Assembly (NCBI RefSeq): GCF_006345805.1
Contig: NC_043019.1
Coordinates: 14,197,360 to 14,261,359, forward strand
Direction: 5' to 3'
Origin: Octopus sinensis
Lineage: Eukaryota
DNA length: 64,000 nt
Made by a program: the position numbers and the translations under genes. Positions 12,297-25,679 of this stretch are shown here, one piece after another. The notes beneath the pieces are model-generated. The model worked only from the letters and a program-made list of their open reading frames with translations. It was not told where the DNA came from and searched no databases. The stretch's first letter is position 1, and each line of letters opens with the position of its first letter.

Positions 12297-12929
12297 TTCA
12301 TTATTCTCAAAATTAAATGAAACAAAAGCAGTGTATTTAGTCAGGAATATGGTAACAAAAGGGTTAAAGTGACCTATATTTAAAGTTAAAACATCAAAAT
12401 TTCATTCTAATTTCTCTTCCAAACATTCACTCAATAATGGCAGACGTTTTAGTAAATTCTTCATCATTTTCGAAATTTATTGAAACAGAAGCAGTATATT
12501 TCAATAGAAATTTATTAGCGAAATGGTTAAACATACAAAATGTGACAAAATATCACTAAACCAACAATTCTTGTAATCTTTATTGGCAAACACCTTGAAC
12601 ATTTCAGTTTAGTAATTCCTATGTATATATATAAACTTAGCCAAGCTCATTAGTATAAACACAATTCGGTGAGTACTGGAGATGGAAAAGAGAAGGTGAA
12701 ATATTTTTGAAGAAATTACTTCCTTTTACAATTTGGCAAAAATCAATACGGTGCAAGAATAGCAATTTGTTTGTGACAGTTCATTATAGTCATTTTTACT
12801 TTCGCTCATAAATATCAAGTTGGTTTGATGGAATTTAGACAGAAGGAAACATTTCGTTCATAATACATTTATTTATTGAAATGTGTGTGTGTGTATATAT
12901 ATATATATATGAGTGAATCATATAAACAA

Positions 12930-12994
12930 GACAGATTGCATAACTGCCAGTTTCACACAAGCTGCCAAACTGGCTGACAATCTTCAGATCTGTC
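12930..12994 (-). ncRNA. Degenerate type I hammerhead-like motif
   Basis: Minus strand gacagat-CTGAAGA-[gcca gtt tggc stem]-GAAA-ctggcag-tt-atgca-atctgtc; 7-bp stem I, imperfect stem II base, 5 extra nt. Confidence 0.4.
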
Positions 12995-13719
12995 TGTTTG
13001 AATTTGAAAAAGGCCTTTGGAAAAATGGCTATGGAGGAAGTTTTACTTAATTGTAACAATAACAAAACTTAGAAATTTTTTTTTGTTTTAAACTGAGAGG
13101 GGGAAAAAAAATTAGTGCTAGGGAGATAGCTCAAGGGCCCTTGCCCAGTATGTTATGTGCCTGGGGATGAGATTTAGTTTTAAAAAAAACACAATTGGGA
13201 GCAAGATATAAAGCTTGTATAGAAAGATATAGAAAAATGAAAAGAGATGAAGTATAAATAGAGAAGGTTAAAGAGGAAGGGAAAAGAAGCATGAAGAAAA
13301 CAGAAATGTGGTATACCAAGGGCAGACAATTGGAAGTGAGATAGATGGAGCAATGGTGACTACAATTTCAGCCATCATACAATGTATTAGACCACTACAG
13401 GAGGATGAATTTTCTCTCGTTCAAACCATTGCCCTAGTGGCAAGCAGGTTCAAGGAGAATAATATTTACTCACTCAATTCTGGGCCTCTAAAAAGAGAAT
13501 ATCCTAAAGTCATTTGGTTCATACCCACTTTCTTGTTAACCATTAAGTTTAGCATAAAACCTTCCTTTAATGAGTTGGTAAGCATTTCCCTCCACCCATA
13601 AGTATTAAAAACTATTTCATAGGATGCATAAACGTTTTTTCAGTTGCACAGCTAACATTAAAGAGAACTTTTCACACAACTCAGTTTTTAGCATTCAGAC
13701 TGATTGGTTGTTTATATAG

Positions 13720-13880
13720 ATATACCACATGGCTACTCAGTAGCCATTGTAACACAGGTCATTTATACAGGGCAGAAATCAAACCCAGGGAGCTGAATAA
13801 TGCACTGTGTCTGGAAAGCTACATCATGTTACTGGAGAGCCTGAAGAGACACCTGCACAAGCAAACTGCCATATTAGGTG
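13720..13880 (+). pseudogene. Possible decayed LINE C-terminal fragment
   Basis: Translates NTGHLY...GEPEETPAQANC, reminiscent of the TGH plus zinc-knuckle region of non-LTR elements; heavily degraded. Confidence 0.2.
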
Positions 13881-14689
13881 GAGATTATTGAAAAAAATGT
13901 AATTCTTGCTATAACATCAAAAGATGTTAGTTGTGTACAGCAGAAAAGAAGTTGCTACAAAAGAACTTGCTTAGACCAGGACCATACCTGTTAAACCTGA
14001 GGCTTCCATGTCTTGCTTGCATAAGAAGAAATATATCCTCTAGTAGTGGTCTAAATCACTATAAAATGGTTACTACTGTGGACAACATTGCTCCATCTAT
14101 TCCACTCACTTCTTGCTGATTTTTTTGTACTCAATTATTTCCTTTCTATTTTTCCTCTCTCTCTCTTTCCCCTTATTTCTCTTCTTCTTCCCTATCTTTT
14201 TTTCCTGTCTTTCCTTCTAACTTTTTCTTCCATTCTTTCCTCCCCATATCTTTCTCTTTATCTTTCTATTTCTTGCTCTTTATCTCTTTAGTTTAATCCC
14301 AATTTTTTTTTTCATCCCCTCTCTTACCAGCCGTAACTCATTGAGCCTGATCCCTGTATCATTGTCCTTGCAATAAAAACATCTTTTCCATAGATTAAAG
14401 AAAACATAAATAATCTTTATTTTTCTTTCCCATCATGCTTAGCAAGTACACCTATAACTTCCTCCATGGCCATTTTACAGAAGCCATTTCCAGTCCTGAA
14501 CAGACACATCTAATGATCATAAATTTATAGGCAGCTTGCATCAAAATTGACAGTTATATAGTCTGTTTTCTTAATACCATTATTATTATTATTAATATTA
14601 TATGAACCCCTTCATCTCCATTTTGTATATTGAGCTCTCCTTACCTTACATTGTACAGCAAATGACTTTTACTGTAGTAACTAGCTTTA

Positions 14690-15320
14690 TGAGTGAATGT
14701 GGTAAAAGGAAACTATACAGAAGCCTCGTTGTGTGTACATATGTGTATGTGTGTTTGTATGTGTATTTGTTTTTATATATGTATATACTTATGTATGTGT
14801 GTGTCCTTGTATATGTATGCATGTAGGTATGTATGTGTATATGTGTATGTATTCATGCATGTGTGCTTGTATGTGTGTTTGTTTGTATATGTGCATATAT
14901 GTATACATGTGTATGTCTATGTATATGTTTACATGTCTATATGCATATGTATGAGTGAATTTGGTGGAAGGAAACTATGCAGAAGCCTCATTGTGTGTGT
15001 GTTTGTATATATATGTGTGTGTGTGTATTTATGCCTGTGTGTTTGTATATGTATGCGTGTGTGTTTGTATGTGCATATATGTATGCATGTGTACATTTAT
15101 GTATATGTTTGTGCATCTCTGCATGCATGTGTATGTGTGTCTATGTTGCCACTTTACAACCAGTGTTGGTTTGTTTATGTCTCTGTAACTTAGCCATTCG
15201 ACAAGAGGAAACCAATAAAATAAGGATCAGACTCCAAATAACAACCAAAGTTATGGACTAAAACCACTCGTGATAATGCTCCAGCTTGGCCACAATCCAT
15301 TCACTGAAACTAGTAAAACA
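14690..15320 (+). mobile_element. Degenerate family B SINE with an expanded internal (TG/TA)n microsatellite and partial duplication
   Basis: gagtgaat-tggt-aaggaaactat-cagaagcctc occurs twice; family B tail at 15160-15320. Confidence 0.65.
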
Positions 15321-15789
15321 AATATACAGGACTATATGATTCATGTCTTGTAAGGTTTCCATCTTCGGAAATTCGTAATAGATGGTATGGCGCTAGTGGT
15401 TAAACCTTGCAGATTGCATTGTATCACTGCCATCAAAGCTGACATTTTAAAACTGAGAACAGGAATGGATTCAGAGTTTTTTATGTTCTCTGCAAGTTTT
15501 TTCATCTCTTATCTTACAAAGCTTCAAAAATAGCAGAATAGTTTGTTTTTTGGGTTTTTGGGTTGGTTTTTTTTTGGTAAAAAAATACATTGATATTTTT
15601 AAGTATCTACATAGAAATGCTTTTAATTCTGTTTTACATCTATTGTCAATAAATCTTTTTTATTTTTATTTTTTAATTTTCTGTTTTCCTGCTGCAACAA
15701 AATTTGTAAGAATTTCATTGGTTGAATGCATAAGATATGACACTCTCATGATGGTGATGATCATCATCATCGTCATCGTCATCATTATA

Positions 15790-16132
15790 TATCCATTTTC
15801 CATGCTAGCATGGGTTGAATGGTTTGATAGCAGCTGGTAAATCTGGGAGCAGCACTAGGTTCCATTGTCCTGTGCTGGCGGCACATAAAAGGCATCATCC
15901 AAACGTGGTCAATGCCAGTTCCGCCTGACTGGCTCCCATACCAGTGGCACATAAAAAAGTACCCACTACACTCTCAGAGAGGTTGGCATTTGGGAGGGCA
16001 TCCAGCTGTAGAGACCTTGCCATATGATATTGGAGCCTGGTGCAGCCTACTGGCTTGCCATTCTTCAGTCAAACCATCCACCCATGCCAGCATGGATAGC
16101 AGATGTTAAACGATGACGATGATGATGATGAT
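15790..16132. mobile_element. Family D fragments (- then +)
   Basis: ccatgctagcatgggttg on the - strand; gggcatccagctgtag...(gat)n on the + strand. Confidence 0.7.
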
Positions 16133-16254
16133 TGTATTATAATCTAGATCATTCTCAGGCAGAATTAATACTGAAACGGTTAAGAAATTAAGTAGTGGAT
16201 GTTGGTGGTGGTGTATGTGTGGGGGAGTCAACTTGTCCTAATTTGTGAGTATGA

Positions 16255-16560
16255 AGGCACATGGCTTAGTTTATTTCGATATTTAACTCATGATTGAAAG
16301 TTTGTGAGTTCAATTCTTGAGCAAGGCATGTTATTATTTCATGTCGCTCCAGTCAACTCAGTTGGCAAAAATCAATTGTATCTGTATTTCAAAAGGCCAG
16401 CCTTGTCACATACTGTGTCACAATGAATCTCCCTGAGAGTTACATTAAGGATACGCATGACTGTGGAGTACTCAACCACTTTCTTGTTAATTTCATGAGC
16501 AGGTTGTTCTGTTGATTTGGATTAGCTGAAATACTCCCCTTTATAACCAACAGAATGCCA
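16255..16560 (+). mobile_element. Further tRNA-derived SINE (family F); related tail at 4845-4950
   Basis: ggcacatggcttag head, gagttcaattc, cttgagcaag domain; tail gtggagt...ttaatttca-gagcagg shared with 4851-4895. Confidence 0.55.
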
Positions 16561-17054
16561 GGTTAATATCTGAGAATTAAGATCAGTGGGGACAGGTGTG
16601 TATAAAATTTGAAATATCACATACCAGTTATTTTCTTTTGGCTGGAAGATTCCAGGTTTGTTGATATATAATTGCTAGGTGACCTGCTGTGAGTTCAATC
16701 TCTGGTGCAGGCAGTTTAGTGTATATTTATTCAGCATTTTTTTTTTTTTTTTTTTTTTACATATAATTGTAGGAATAGGTCCTGCTAGTCTGTAAGTCTG
16801 TCTCAATCACAATGTTGGCTTTAAATTTATTTGTTTTCAGATATTGAGTTTTGCTCTGCAAAATTACCTCATTATTAATATTATTATTATTATACTCGTC
16901 AACATCATTGCTTTTGAGCCTGGTGCAGCCATCTGGTTCGCCAGTCCTCAGTCAAATCGTCCAACCCATGCCAGCATGGAAAGCAGACATTAAACATTCA
17001 CCAACAGAATCCAAAAGACTAAGTTTGCATCATTTTTATTATATTTCTATATAA

Positions 17055-17450
17055 TTGTTTATATTGTTGTTATATTTTGGGATGGTCATTCTTTTTTCTT
17101 TATTTTTGCCAAATAAACGCAAGCACTATCTATTCATTCACTTGTTTATTGCTGTTCTTACTTTAACTGATGTCGCTTGTCTGGAAATCTTTCGTCACAC
17201 ATCTGTGACCTCTTCCGTAACACTTTCCATCCTCGTGTGTGCTCCTGCTCCACATAGTCCATTCTGTTAGAAGCATACACGGGGACAGAAAGAGATCACA
17301 GATGTGTGATGAAAGGTTTCTGGAAAATGGACACCAATTAAAATAAGAACAGTAATAAACGAGTGAATAACGAATACATACTGCGTGTGTCTATTTGGCA
17401 GAAAAAAAAAGGAAAAAAAACAGGACCATCTTGAAATACAACAATATTTG
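17055..17450. mobile_element. Inverted pair of Penelope-like terminal repeats with degenerate hammerhead-like cores
   Basis: 17055-17218 is a diverged reverse complement of 17285-17450; inner ends carry cggaagag-gtcac agatgt gtgac-GAAA and cagaaagag-atcac agatgt gtgat-GAAA. Confidence 0.6.
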
Positions 17451-17529
17451 TTTCAACACATGGTTCCACATTAAGAATCTTGTAACACAAATTCATTATC
17501 ATTTATATTATATTTCCATGTAATATAAT

Positions 17530-17990
17530 ACTTTCTTCAGTTAAATTTTGCTCCTAGAATCATTCTTCACCCTCCTTAACATCTTGGTATATGTTCCGTT
17601 TATACATTTTCCTTTTACTTTTGTCAGTGTTCAGCAGTTAGATCCACTTACCAATATAATTTCTAAAGTCACTCCAAAGATTCTGTATTTCCAAATTATT
17701 AAATTAGATTTCACTTCCATATTGCAGACATCTTGTTCATTACTGATCATAGCAATTGAATTCTTACTTCACTGTTCATCTTTGAGCTTTCCAGCCACAA
17801 TCTCAGATATTTGAAGCCATTTACACATTCCTAGTTCTCACCTTTTGATAATTTAATGTCTTCTTTTGGTTGACTGAAAACCATAAACTCAGACTTATCG
17901 TCATTGGTGTATAGTCCAATCTGCTTTACGGCTTCCTCTGCTCATTGAAGAAGTAGATGAATTTCCTTTGATAGTGTTTGCAATCTTTTC
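17530..17990 (-). pseudogene. Decayed non-LTR retrotransposon reverse-transcriptase C-terminal fragment (RTE/RTEX-like)
   Basis: Minus translation QIGLYTNDDKSEFMVF...ECVNGFKYL and ILVSGSNC*TLTK...NGTYTKMLRR match RT GL.iN..K / FKYLG and RTE LLYGsEtWtLT...YtrmLR motifs; contains stops. Confidence 0.75.
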
Positions 17991-18278
17991 ATCTTTTGCC
18001 GCATTACTACACCACAAATACACTGTCGGAAACAAAAGTCAAATGTTTCAGAAGTTTGCTGTGCAGTCACGAGATCAGAATCCAATCTCATTGTATTTAT
18101 TTTGGGTAAGTGACTTCTATTAAAGCCTCGAGCTGTTTTAGATGTTTCTTTTGCAATCATGAGATCAGGAATCCAATCTCACTGTGTGTATTTTGGGCAA
18201 GTGACTTCTGTTAAAGCCTCAGGCTGATCAAAGCCGTGTGAGTGGATCTGGTTGACAGAAACTGAAAGAAGCCCATCC

Positions 18279-18313
<35 letters not shown>

Positions 18314-18476
18314 ATATATATGTATAGAACAAAACAGGAAATTGAAATTTTTTTGGTATTGTTTATTCATCATTACAGGTGATGAATTGAAGGGCTGAGT
18401 GGAGAGGGTGTACATTCTATTGCTGGACAGGAGTGCTAAATACCTTGGTGCCAGCCTTGATCTAAGTTTATTTAAA

Positions 18477-18517
<41 letters not shown>

Positions 18518-18604
18518 ATCATATCAAAGGGAAATGGAAATTAATTAAAATTTTCATTTCCCGTAGCCTAACATATAAAAATTTAGTCCAAAAGGCTATA
18601 TATT

Positions 18605-18894
18605 AGTCATATGATATAGTGTACATTTAAACACATAAGGAATCCACACGTTGGATTCAACATGCTAGAAAGAACAGCTAGGTTCTATAACCACAAAAAA
18701 ATTAGGGATAAAATTCGACAGGAATGAAATGAAAAAATAAAAACTAGATGGTAAAATGTTCTTATATTTTCATTCCGTTCCTGTCAAATTTTATCCCTAA
18801 TTTTGTGGTTATAGAACCTAGCTGTTCTTTCTAGCGTGTTGAATCCTATGAGTGGATTCCTCATGTGTTTAAATGTACACTATATCGTATGACT
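18605..18894. repeat. Inverted repeat (arms ~135 bp, spacer ~20 bp); same family at 47700-48050
   Basis: gtgtacatttaaacaca...ctaggttctataaccacaaaa-attagggataaaatt is mirrored in 18762-18894. Confidence 0.85.
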
Positions 18895-19911
18895 TATATA
18901 TATATATAAAGGAAGAAGAAAATGGAGATTGTGAAGTTAGGGCTGAAGGAGTGCATACATTGTAGGGGTGCAAACATTGTAGGGCTGGTAGCTAGGGCTG
19001 TGTACATTATTGGGCTGGCAAAAGCAGGTGTTTATTGTATTGCTGCCTCGGGGTGCTAAATACCCTAGTGCTGACCCTGATTTTGGTTTATTTGAAGAAT
19101 AGGTATGTGGTTTCCACAAGGGCTGATAACAATTATATCATTGTTAAAAAGTGGGAAGATTTGAGATGATTAAGGACTGAGATGGTGTTAGCAGTGTTGT
19201 AGGGTTTTTTTATCCCTTAGAACTATCATTGTTCATTGTTGATGAAGTTTTAAAGGAAATGAAAGTGTCAAAACCTCATTAGGAGATGTTTCTTTGATAG
19301 TAATACATTGTATGAAGTACTTATACAACTAAATGGAATTAAAGATAATGAAAGGATTGACAATTTATGGTAGTTTCGGTGCCAGATTTTACGTTTCTGG
19401 GGGTTTTTTTTTTGCTATTCTTTGAGAGTAATTTGTTATTCACACACTCTTTTATCAAATTCATTTCGACAGTTACTAATCAACATAATTAATTTTAAGA
19501 GCAGCACTAATTGCTTATTGTTTCAGTGACTTCTCAGACTAAGAATATTTCACTAATGAGAAATGAAAGTAATCGAATTGATTAAATGTTGCTTTGGCTG
19601 CTAAATGTTAGATAAACGGTTGCTGTTTGTGAATCAAGCATCGTAAGAGAGAAACTAACGTGCAAAATAATTTCTTGAAAAGGCACCAAATTAGCAGAGT
19701 CATCAGAACTTTGGATAGACTTACAGACTACCTTGTAATAGACTTATAGACTACTTTGTAATATCCATTCCGACTCTCTTAGTTCAGATCCCACTGAAGT
19801 CGACTTTGACTTCCAATTTTCCTTTCTTGCTTGAACCCTTTGTGCTCTGTGGAGCACAGACTATCAAGAACTTTTCTCCACTATTCTCAGCTGTCTTTTA
19901 TGGGATCTTTA

Positions 19912-20366
19912 CCTTTTGACCGACAGATTTAGGAAATAATTTTTTGTAACTAAACACTTTTAAACTTCGTATACTGGTAGAATGTGTCACATAAAACATA
20001 TTTTACTCTTGGTGTTGCTGAGAAAAGTTTATATTTATGAAGTTATTTCGTGTTAGAGTTGTCGTATTTCGGTAATTTCAACCAATCATTGACGTGTATT
20101 CAGCTGAATAAAATGACTACGTTGTTTGTCAACAACAACTTCCAGCGGTGTATATTTCGTTTGTCACTGTTATTTATGACATATTTAATCTTAGTTACGT
20201 TTGTATGAAAACCGAGTGTATCTGAAGCATGTTTACTTCATGGCACCACCACAATCGTTTGTGCTTCATTTTTCATTTTTTTCCGTAACTCTAACCCTAA
20301 AACCTTTAGCCTAACCCTAAAACCTTAAAGCTAAAACCAGTACAAACGCACAAACAATGTCATAAA
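19912..20366 (+). mobile_element. Left arm and (TAACCC)-rich core of a long-TIR non-autonomous DNA element
   Basis: ta|ccttttgaccgacagattt is the inverse of aaatctgttggtcaaaagg|ta at 26411-26431. Confidence 0.7.
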
Positions 20367-20921
20367 AGGGTAAAGGGTAAAAAAAAAAAAAGGGACAAGC
20401 AGCAACAATGAACCAAGTCAAGAAAGATAGCAGTGATAGGCAAAAGTGCATGTATAGAAAGATAAGGATAAAACACAAAAAGACAGAAAAGGGACTAGTA
20501 AAAGAGTTACAAAGAGAAAAGGGTGCATGGGTACTCCAGAGGAGTAGCATTGGTAAATTTGGGGAAGCATGGAATTTTTGAAGGGTGCAGTATTCTGAGA
20601 GCTAACAGTTGGAAGCTGGTTGTTTATTCCATGCTTCAGCCATTCTGAGAATGGAAAATATCTTCATTAAAAATATTTTCCAAGTAAGAGAAAAGAATCT
20701 TTTGAACACAGCAGAACATTAATATCTTCCATTTATGAATTCAGAGAGGTAGATATTCAAATTTGTAGGTTGTAAGCAAAAATGAATTATGTATCCCATG
20801 ATGTTATTTCCATTAAGCAATGTCAGAAATCTGTTAAGGTATTTTAATGAAGCCATAAATTATTCTCGTAACATTCATCTTTCTTTCACAGCCATTAACC
20901 CTTTTGTTACCATATTTCTGT

Positions 20922-21219
20922 GGTGGAGGCACATGGTCTAGTGGTTAGAGCAGATTATTCGCGGTCGAGGGATCGCGGGTTCAAATCTCAGACTGGGCGA
21001 TGTGTGTGTTTATGAGCGAAACACCTAAACTCCACGCGGCTCTGGCAGAAGGTAATGGCGAACTTCTGTTGACTCTTTCGCCACAACTTTTTCTCACTCT
21101 TTCCTCCTGCATCTTGCAGCTCACCTGCGACAGACCGGCATCCCGTCCAAATGGGGAACCGATACGCCAAGGAAACCGGGAAACTGGCCCTTATGAGCCA
21201 GGCATGGCTCGAGAAGGAA
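20922..21219 (+). mobile_element. SINE family E (tRNA-derived), full length with 11-bp TSD
   Basis: A box tggtctagtggttag, B box gggttcaaatctc; TSD catatttctgt (20911-20921 / 21220-21230); inserted in a TTAA-type MITE. Confidence 0.9.
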
Positions 21220-22405
21220 CATATTTCTGTTGAAATACATTACCTATAATCAGGATCATCATTTTTTAACAACCGTTTTCCATGTTGGCATGGGTTGGAT
21301 AGTTTGACAGGAGCTGGTAAGCCTGGGGACTGGAGCAGGCTCTACTGTCTATGGTCTCCATGATTGGGTGCCCTTTCTAATGCCAACCACTTTACAGAGT
21401 GTACAGGGTGCTTTTTACATGGCACCTGCAGCTTGAATTTGATTAATTTTGCAAATTTACGAAGCTCTAGACAGCTTATGCAGTATATTGTCTTTCTATG
21501 TCCAAATGTACACAGATATGTTAAATATAACTGTACATAACTATATTTCACTCAATACAGTTGAGTGTACTTCTAATTTATTTTTGTGTTCTATATTGAT
21601 CTTATCTACAAGTTTCTCAACAGTCACCAGGGTAAATAATCCAGATTATTCTGTCAAATGTAATGTGGATTACTCCTGCATTATCATGTATCCTTAAAAT
21701 TTCAGTGATGCAATTATTTATTTTTCCCATGACATTGTAGGGTAGGTGTGAGAAGTCAGCTCTGGCCAATTTGAACATAAAACAGGAAAAATATTTTATG
21801 TTGATCTGGGTACTTTAAATTCCAAAGGGTTAAAAAAAATGGTGGTACCAGTTTTTGACAGTGTCGGTTCCTGTATACGTTTCTTTTTCTGCTTTGTAAT
21901 TTGGTTGAATTTAGTAACTGAGAAAAGTATGGCACAAGCTTACTGTTTTGATTAAAACTAGCCTCAATGGTGGCCTTAAAGGCACCGATTCCGATGATAA
22001 ATTGTAAATGTTCTTCTACTTTAACCTTGATAGATTCTCTAAAAGCCATTCTGAATCCACTGATTGTAGTTCTGTTCTCCTTTGAGAACAGAAACCAAGA
22101 ATTAATTAGACACCTTATCCTTTCAAAGAAACAAGGAATCCTCTGGGAATAATAAGCAAATGGAATCGTAATGCAAGATAAGGATTAGTTATGAATAGGC
22201 TTGCGCATATCTTTAAGTAGGATTAGAACATAATTTACAAAGGCTGATTTGATTAGTTTGTGGCTGAGTGGTAAGAAGCTCACTTCCCAACTGCATGGTT
22301 CTGGGTTCAGTTACACTGCATGGCATTTTAGGAGTCTTCCACTGGAGCCTTGGGCCAACCAAAGCCTTGTGAGTGGGTTTGGTAGAAGGAAACTGAAAGA
22401 ATCTT

Positions 22406-22460
<55 letters not shown>

Positions 22461-22859
22461 AAAATAAAATTATAATTAAGGGTATCTAATAGATACCCTA
22501 AATTATAATTTTAATAATAATATTACCTATGAGGTAATTTTAATAATAATTATTACCTATGAGACCCATGCTAGCCACTTGATATGATCGGTATTTTATG
22601 GCTGGATGCCCTTCCTAATGCCAGCCAACCACTCTACAGAGTGTACTGGGTGTGTTTTACATGTCATCAGTACAAACCTTTACTACTTTAACTTTGAGGC
22701 CTTTTAGTTCCAGGTTTTGCTTCCATCTCTTGAATTTCCTTTCTGATAGTTACAGTTTCAACTATAAGGATGAAGTTATCAACATATGAGTTCCTACAGG
22801 TACCTCGTCTTAAATGAACAGGGGGGAACTGAAGACTGAGCCTTGGTGAACCCCTAAAC

Positions 22860-23620
22860 TTCATGCTAAATTCACCACTGTGCTCATTACTGACTCACTT
22901 TATTAACTGCGTTGTTAAGCCTAACCTGTAAAGTTCTCCCAAGTCCTTCATCTACTCCTAGTAACTATAGCCTGATTACAAGGTGTAGCACTTTGTCAAA
23001 GCCTTCTTCAAGTTGACGATTGTTATAGTGGCTTGTGTTTAAGCTAATTACTTCTGCAGTCACCTCACTACAATGATGGCATTTGTGGTTCATCTTCCAC
23101 GCATAAAGCTGAACTGCATCTCATTCAAATTAATTCTGTTGCCGATCAATTGTGCTAAGACTTTTTCCATGACCTTCAATTGCTTGATCCAACAATCTGC
23201 TACCTCTGTAATTACCTCTCTCTCTAATGCATCTTCTTTGTCCTTGTAACGGTTTACCTTAATAATATTGCTACAGCAATCATTAGATGTGACGACTGCA
23301 AATAAATAAACGTTACATTTCACAGACTAAACTGAATGCTAAAGGGTTAAGCATCTCAGAAACTATCCCTGATGGGCCCGGTGCTTTCCCTACCTTTATA
23401 TCTTAAATCTTTCTGTCTACCAAACTGCTGCCAACTTGAATAACCAGTCCCTCTGTTGGGTCAGTTTCAAGTAGGGCCTCTTTCTTCCATGCGTTCTCAT
23501 TCAGTAACCTCTCATAAAAGTACTTCTAAGCCTCTTTCTTTCCATCAGTTGAAAGGACGAGTGTACCTCCATCACTTGCCATACAGTTCTCCCTAATGAC
23601 AAAGTACTTGTCTTCCTCTA
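22860..23620 (-). pseudogene. Decayed RTE-clade LINE reverse-transcriptase fragment
   Basis: Minus translation GKAPGPSGIVSEML, YKDKEDALER, KVMEKVLAQLIGNRINLNEMQFSFMRGR, TTNAIIVVR*LQ, VNLKKAFDKV match the early RT subdomains; frameshifts and stops. Confidence 0.85.
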
Positions 23621-23636
23621 GTACTAGAACATGTGC

Positions 23637-23672
<36 letters not shown>

Positions 23673-23837
23673 GTTCACACATATATGCACATACACCTTT
23701 ATATACACACACGTACATGTGTGTGTATGTTTGTATGTATGTGTATATATGTTTGTATGTGTGTGTATATATACGTGTGTCTGTGTACATGTGTGAATGT
23801 ACGTATATGTGTGTGTATATGTATATATCCATGCATA

Positions 23838-24082
23838 TCATCATCATCATTTAACGTCCATTTTCCATGCTGGTATGGGTTGGACAGTTCAACCGAGGTC
23901 TGGGAAGCCAGGAGGCTGCACCAGGCTCCAGTCTGATCTGGCAGTGTTTCTACAGCTGGATGCTCTTCCTAACGCCAACTGCTCCATGAGTGTAGTGGGT
24001 GCTTTTTATGTGCCACCGGCAAAGGTGCCAGGGGAGGCTGGCAACGACCACGATCAGTTGGTGCTTTTTAAGTGCCACCGGC
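23838..24082 (-). mobile_element. Family D element
   Basis: (CAT)n, tttaacgtccattttccatgc, ctggatgc-cttcctaacgccaac. Confidence 0.8.
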
Positions 24083-24125
24083 ATATATGCACACATATGC
24101 ATATATAGTGTGTGCATCATGTATG

Positions 24126-24157
<32 letters not shown>

Positions 24158-24314
24158 GTACAAAGTAAGATAGGAGTTATGGGATATCATTTATCCAATA
24201 TACTGTTGATACAGTACCCAAATTCATAATACATAAATGTTTTTAAATGCAATGCAATTAAGTCATTATTGTATTAAACGGGTGAAGGTAAAGAAATATA
24301 TTTACCGTAAATTT

Positions 24315-24316
24315 AT

Positions 24317-24348
<32 letters not shown>

Positions 24349-24501
24349 ACATATATATATATATATATATATAACATATATATATATATATAACATATAT
24401 ATATATATATAACATATATATATATATATATATATAATATATATATATTATATATAACATATATATATATATATATAACATATATATATTATATATATAA
24501 C

Positions 24502-24533
<32 letters not shown>

Positions 24534-24541
24534 TATATATA
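24315..24541. repeat. (TA)n microsatellite with taac interruptions
   Basis: Direct observation. Confidence 0.95.
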
Positions 24542-25208
24542 AACTCATACACACAAACATGCATACATGCATGTGTACCTATGTAAATACATTAACACAC
24601 ACACACACACACATATACATGGCCATAATTAAATCTACATCCAAAATTAAAATATTAATAGATACTATATATTCAAATAATCATCTCAATTTTCTCATGA
24701 TGGCATCTGCAAAAAGAATTCTACAAATTTCGATTTTCGCATATTGCCAGAGCAATTATTTTTACATGTTGCTGCACTTTTAGAGCCGTTCTCTACCCAA
24801 CTGTGAAGCAGGAACGGAGCTTGACATCCAGATTGACTGAGGCAAAACGGCCCTTGATTAAAGGTTGAATCAATCAGAAGTTGATTCGAATCTCCCCTTC
24901 CTCACATTACAAACATATTTTATAATTTACTCTAGCTTAATTACTTTCTAGTTTAGTTAACTTTATCAAAGGAAGGTAAAATTAATCCAATTAGATGTAT
25001 TATAAGATTTTCTGCATTCTTTCAATTCTGACAAATTTTATTTTTTTTTTTTACCTTTTTTCTGAATGATAATTTGGTCTTTCTTCTTTCTTTTCGTTTT
25101 TTTTTTTCTTGTACAGTTTTACAATTTCTATATCTAATTATTTTCCAATTATCAAAGGATTCCATAGCTATATATTTATGCTACAATTCAATTATTTTAA
25201 ATTCCATT

Positions 25209-25242
<34 letters not shown>

Positions 25243-25679
25243 CATCATCATTATTATTATCATGCTTTCATTTGAATATTTTATTGATCTTTTCTCTTGG
25301 GAATATTTTTACTCTTCAAAAGTTATTCCACTGAATATATTTAGTTTTTCTTCTACTTTTCCACTGATATGAGTTGGCAGAAGGCCAAATTTTTGCAGGG
25401 TTAGGCATAATCAATTAAATTAACAGTATTTTATTGATGGACAAAAAAGCAAAATAATAAATATATAAATATAAGAAATGTCTGCAAGATTTTATACTTG
25501 GAACCAAGATGTTTAAAATTAAATACAAAACTATATATTTTTCATCATCGTTATCATCATCATCGTTATATCATTTACTTTTCTAGGTCTGCATGCATCA
25601 AATGAAACTCATTGAGGCAAAAATCTTTTTACTGTGCCAGTGCAGCGTAAAAAGCAGTTGTGCTGGTGCCACATAAGAG

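Noticed and set aside
20285-20325. Telomeric TTAGGG-like repeats (also at 35766-35780)
   Set aside because: Only a few degenerate units, inside a transposon or by chance; not an interstitial telomere array.
20922-21000. Possible tRNA gene
   Set aside because: The acceptor stem does not pair, and the sequence continues into a SINE body with a TSD.
22466-22512. AT-rich palindrome with an adjacent short duplication
   Set aside because: Low-complexity sequence next to a (TA)n tract; probably replication slippage or a repair scar.
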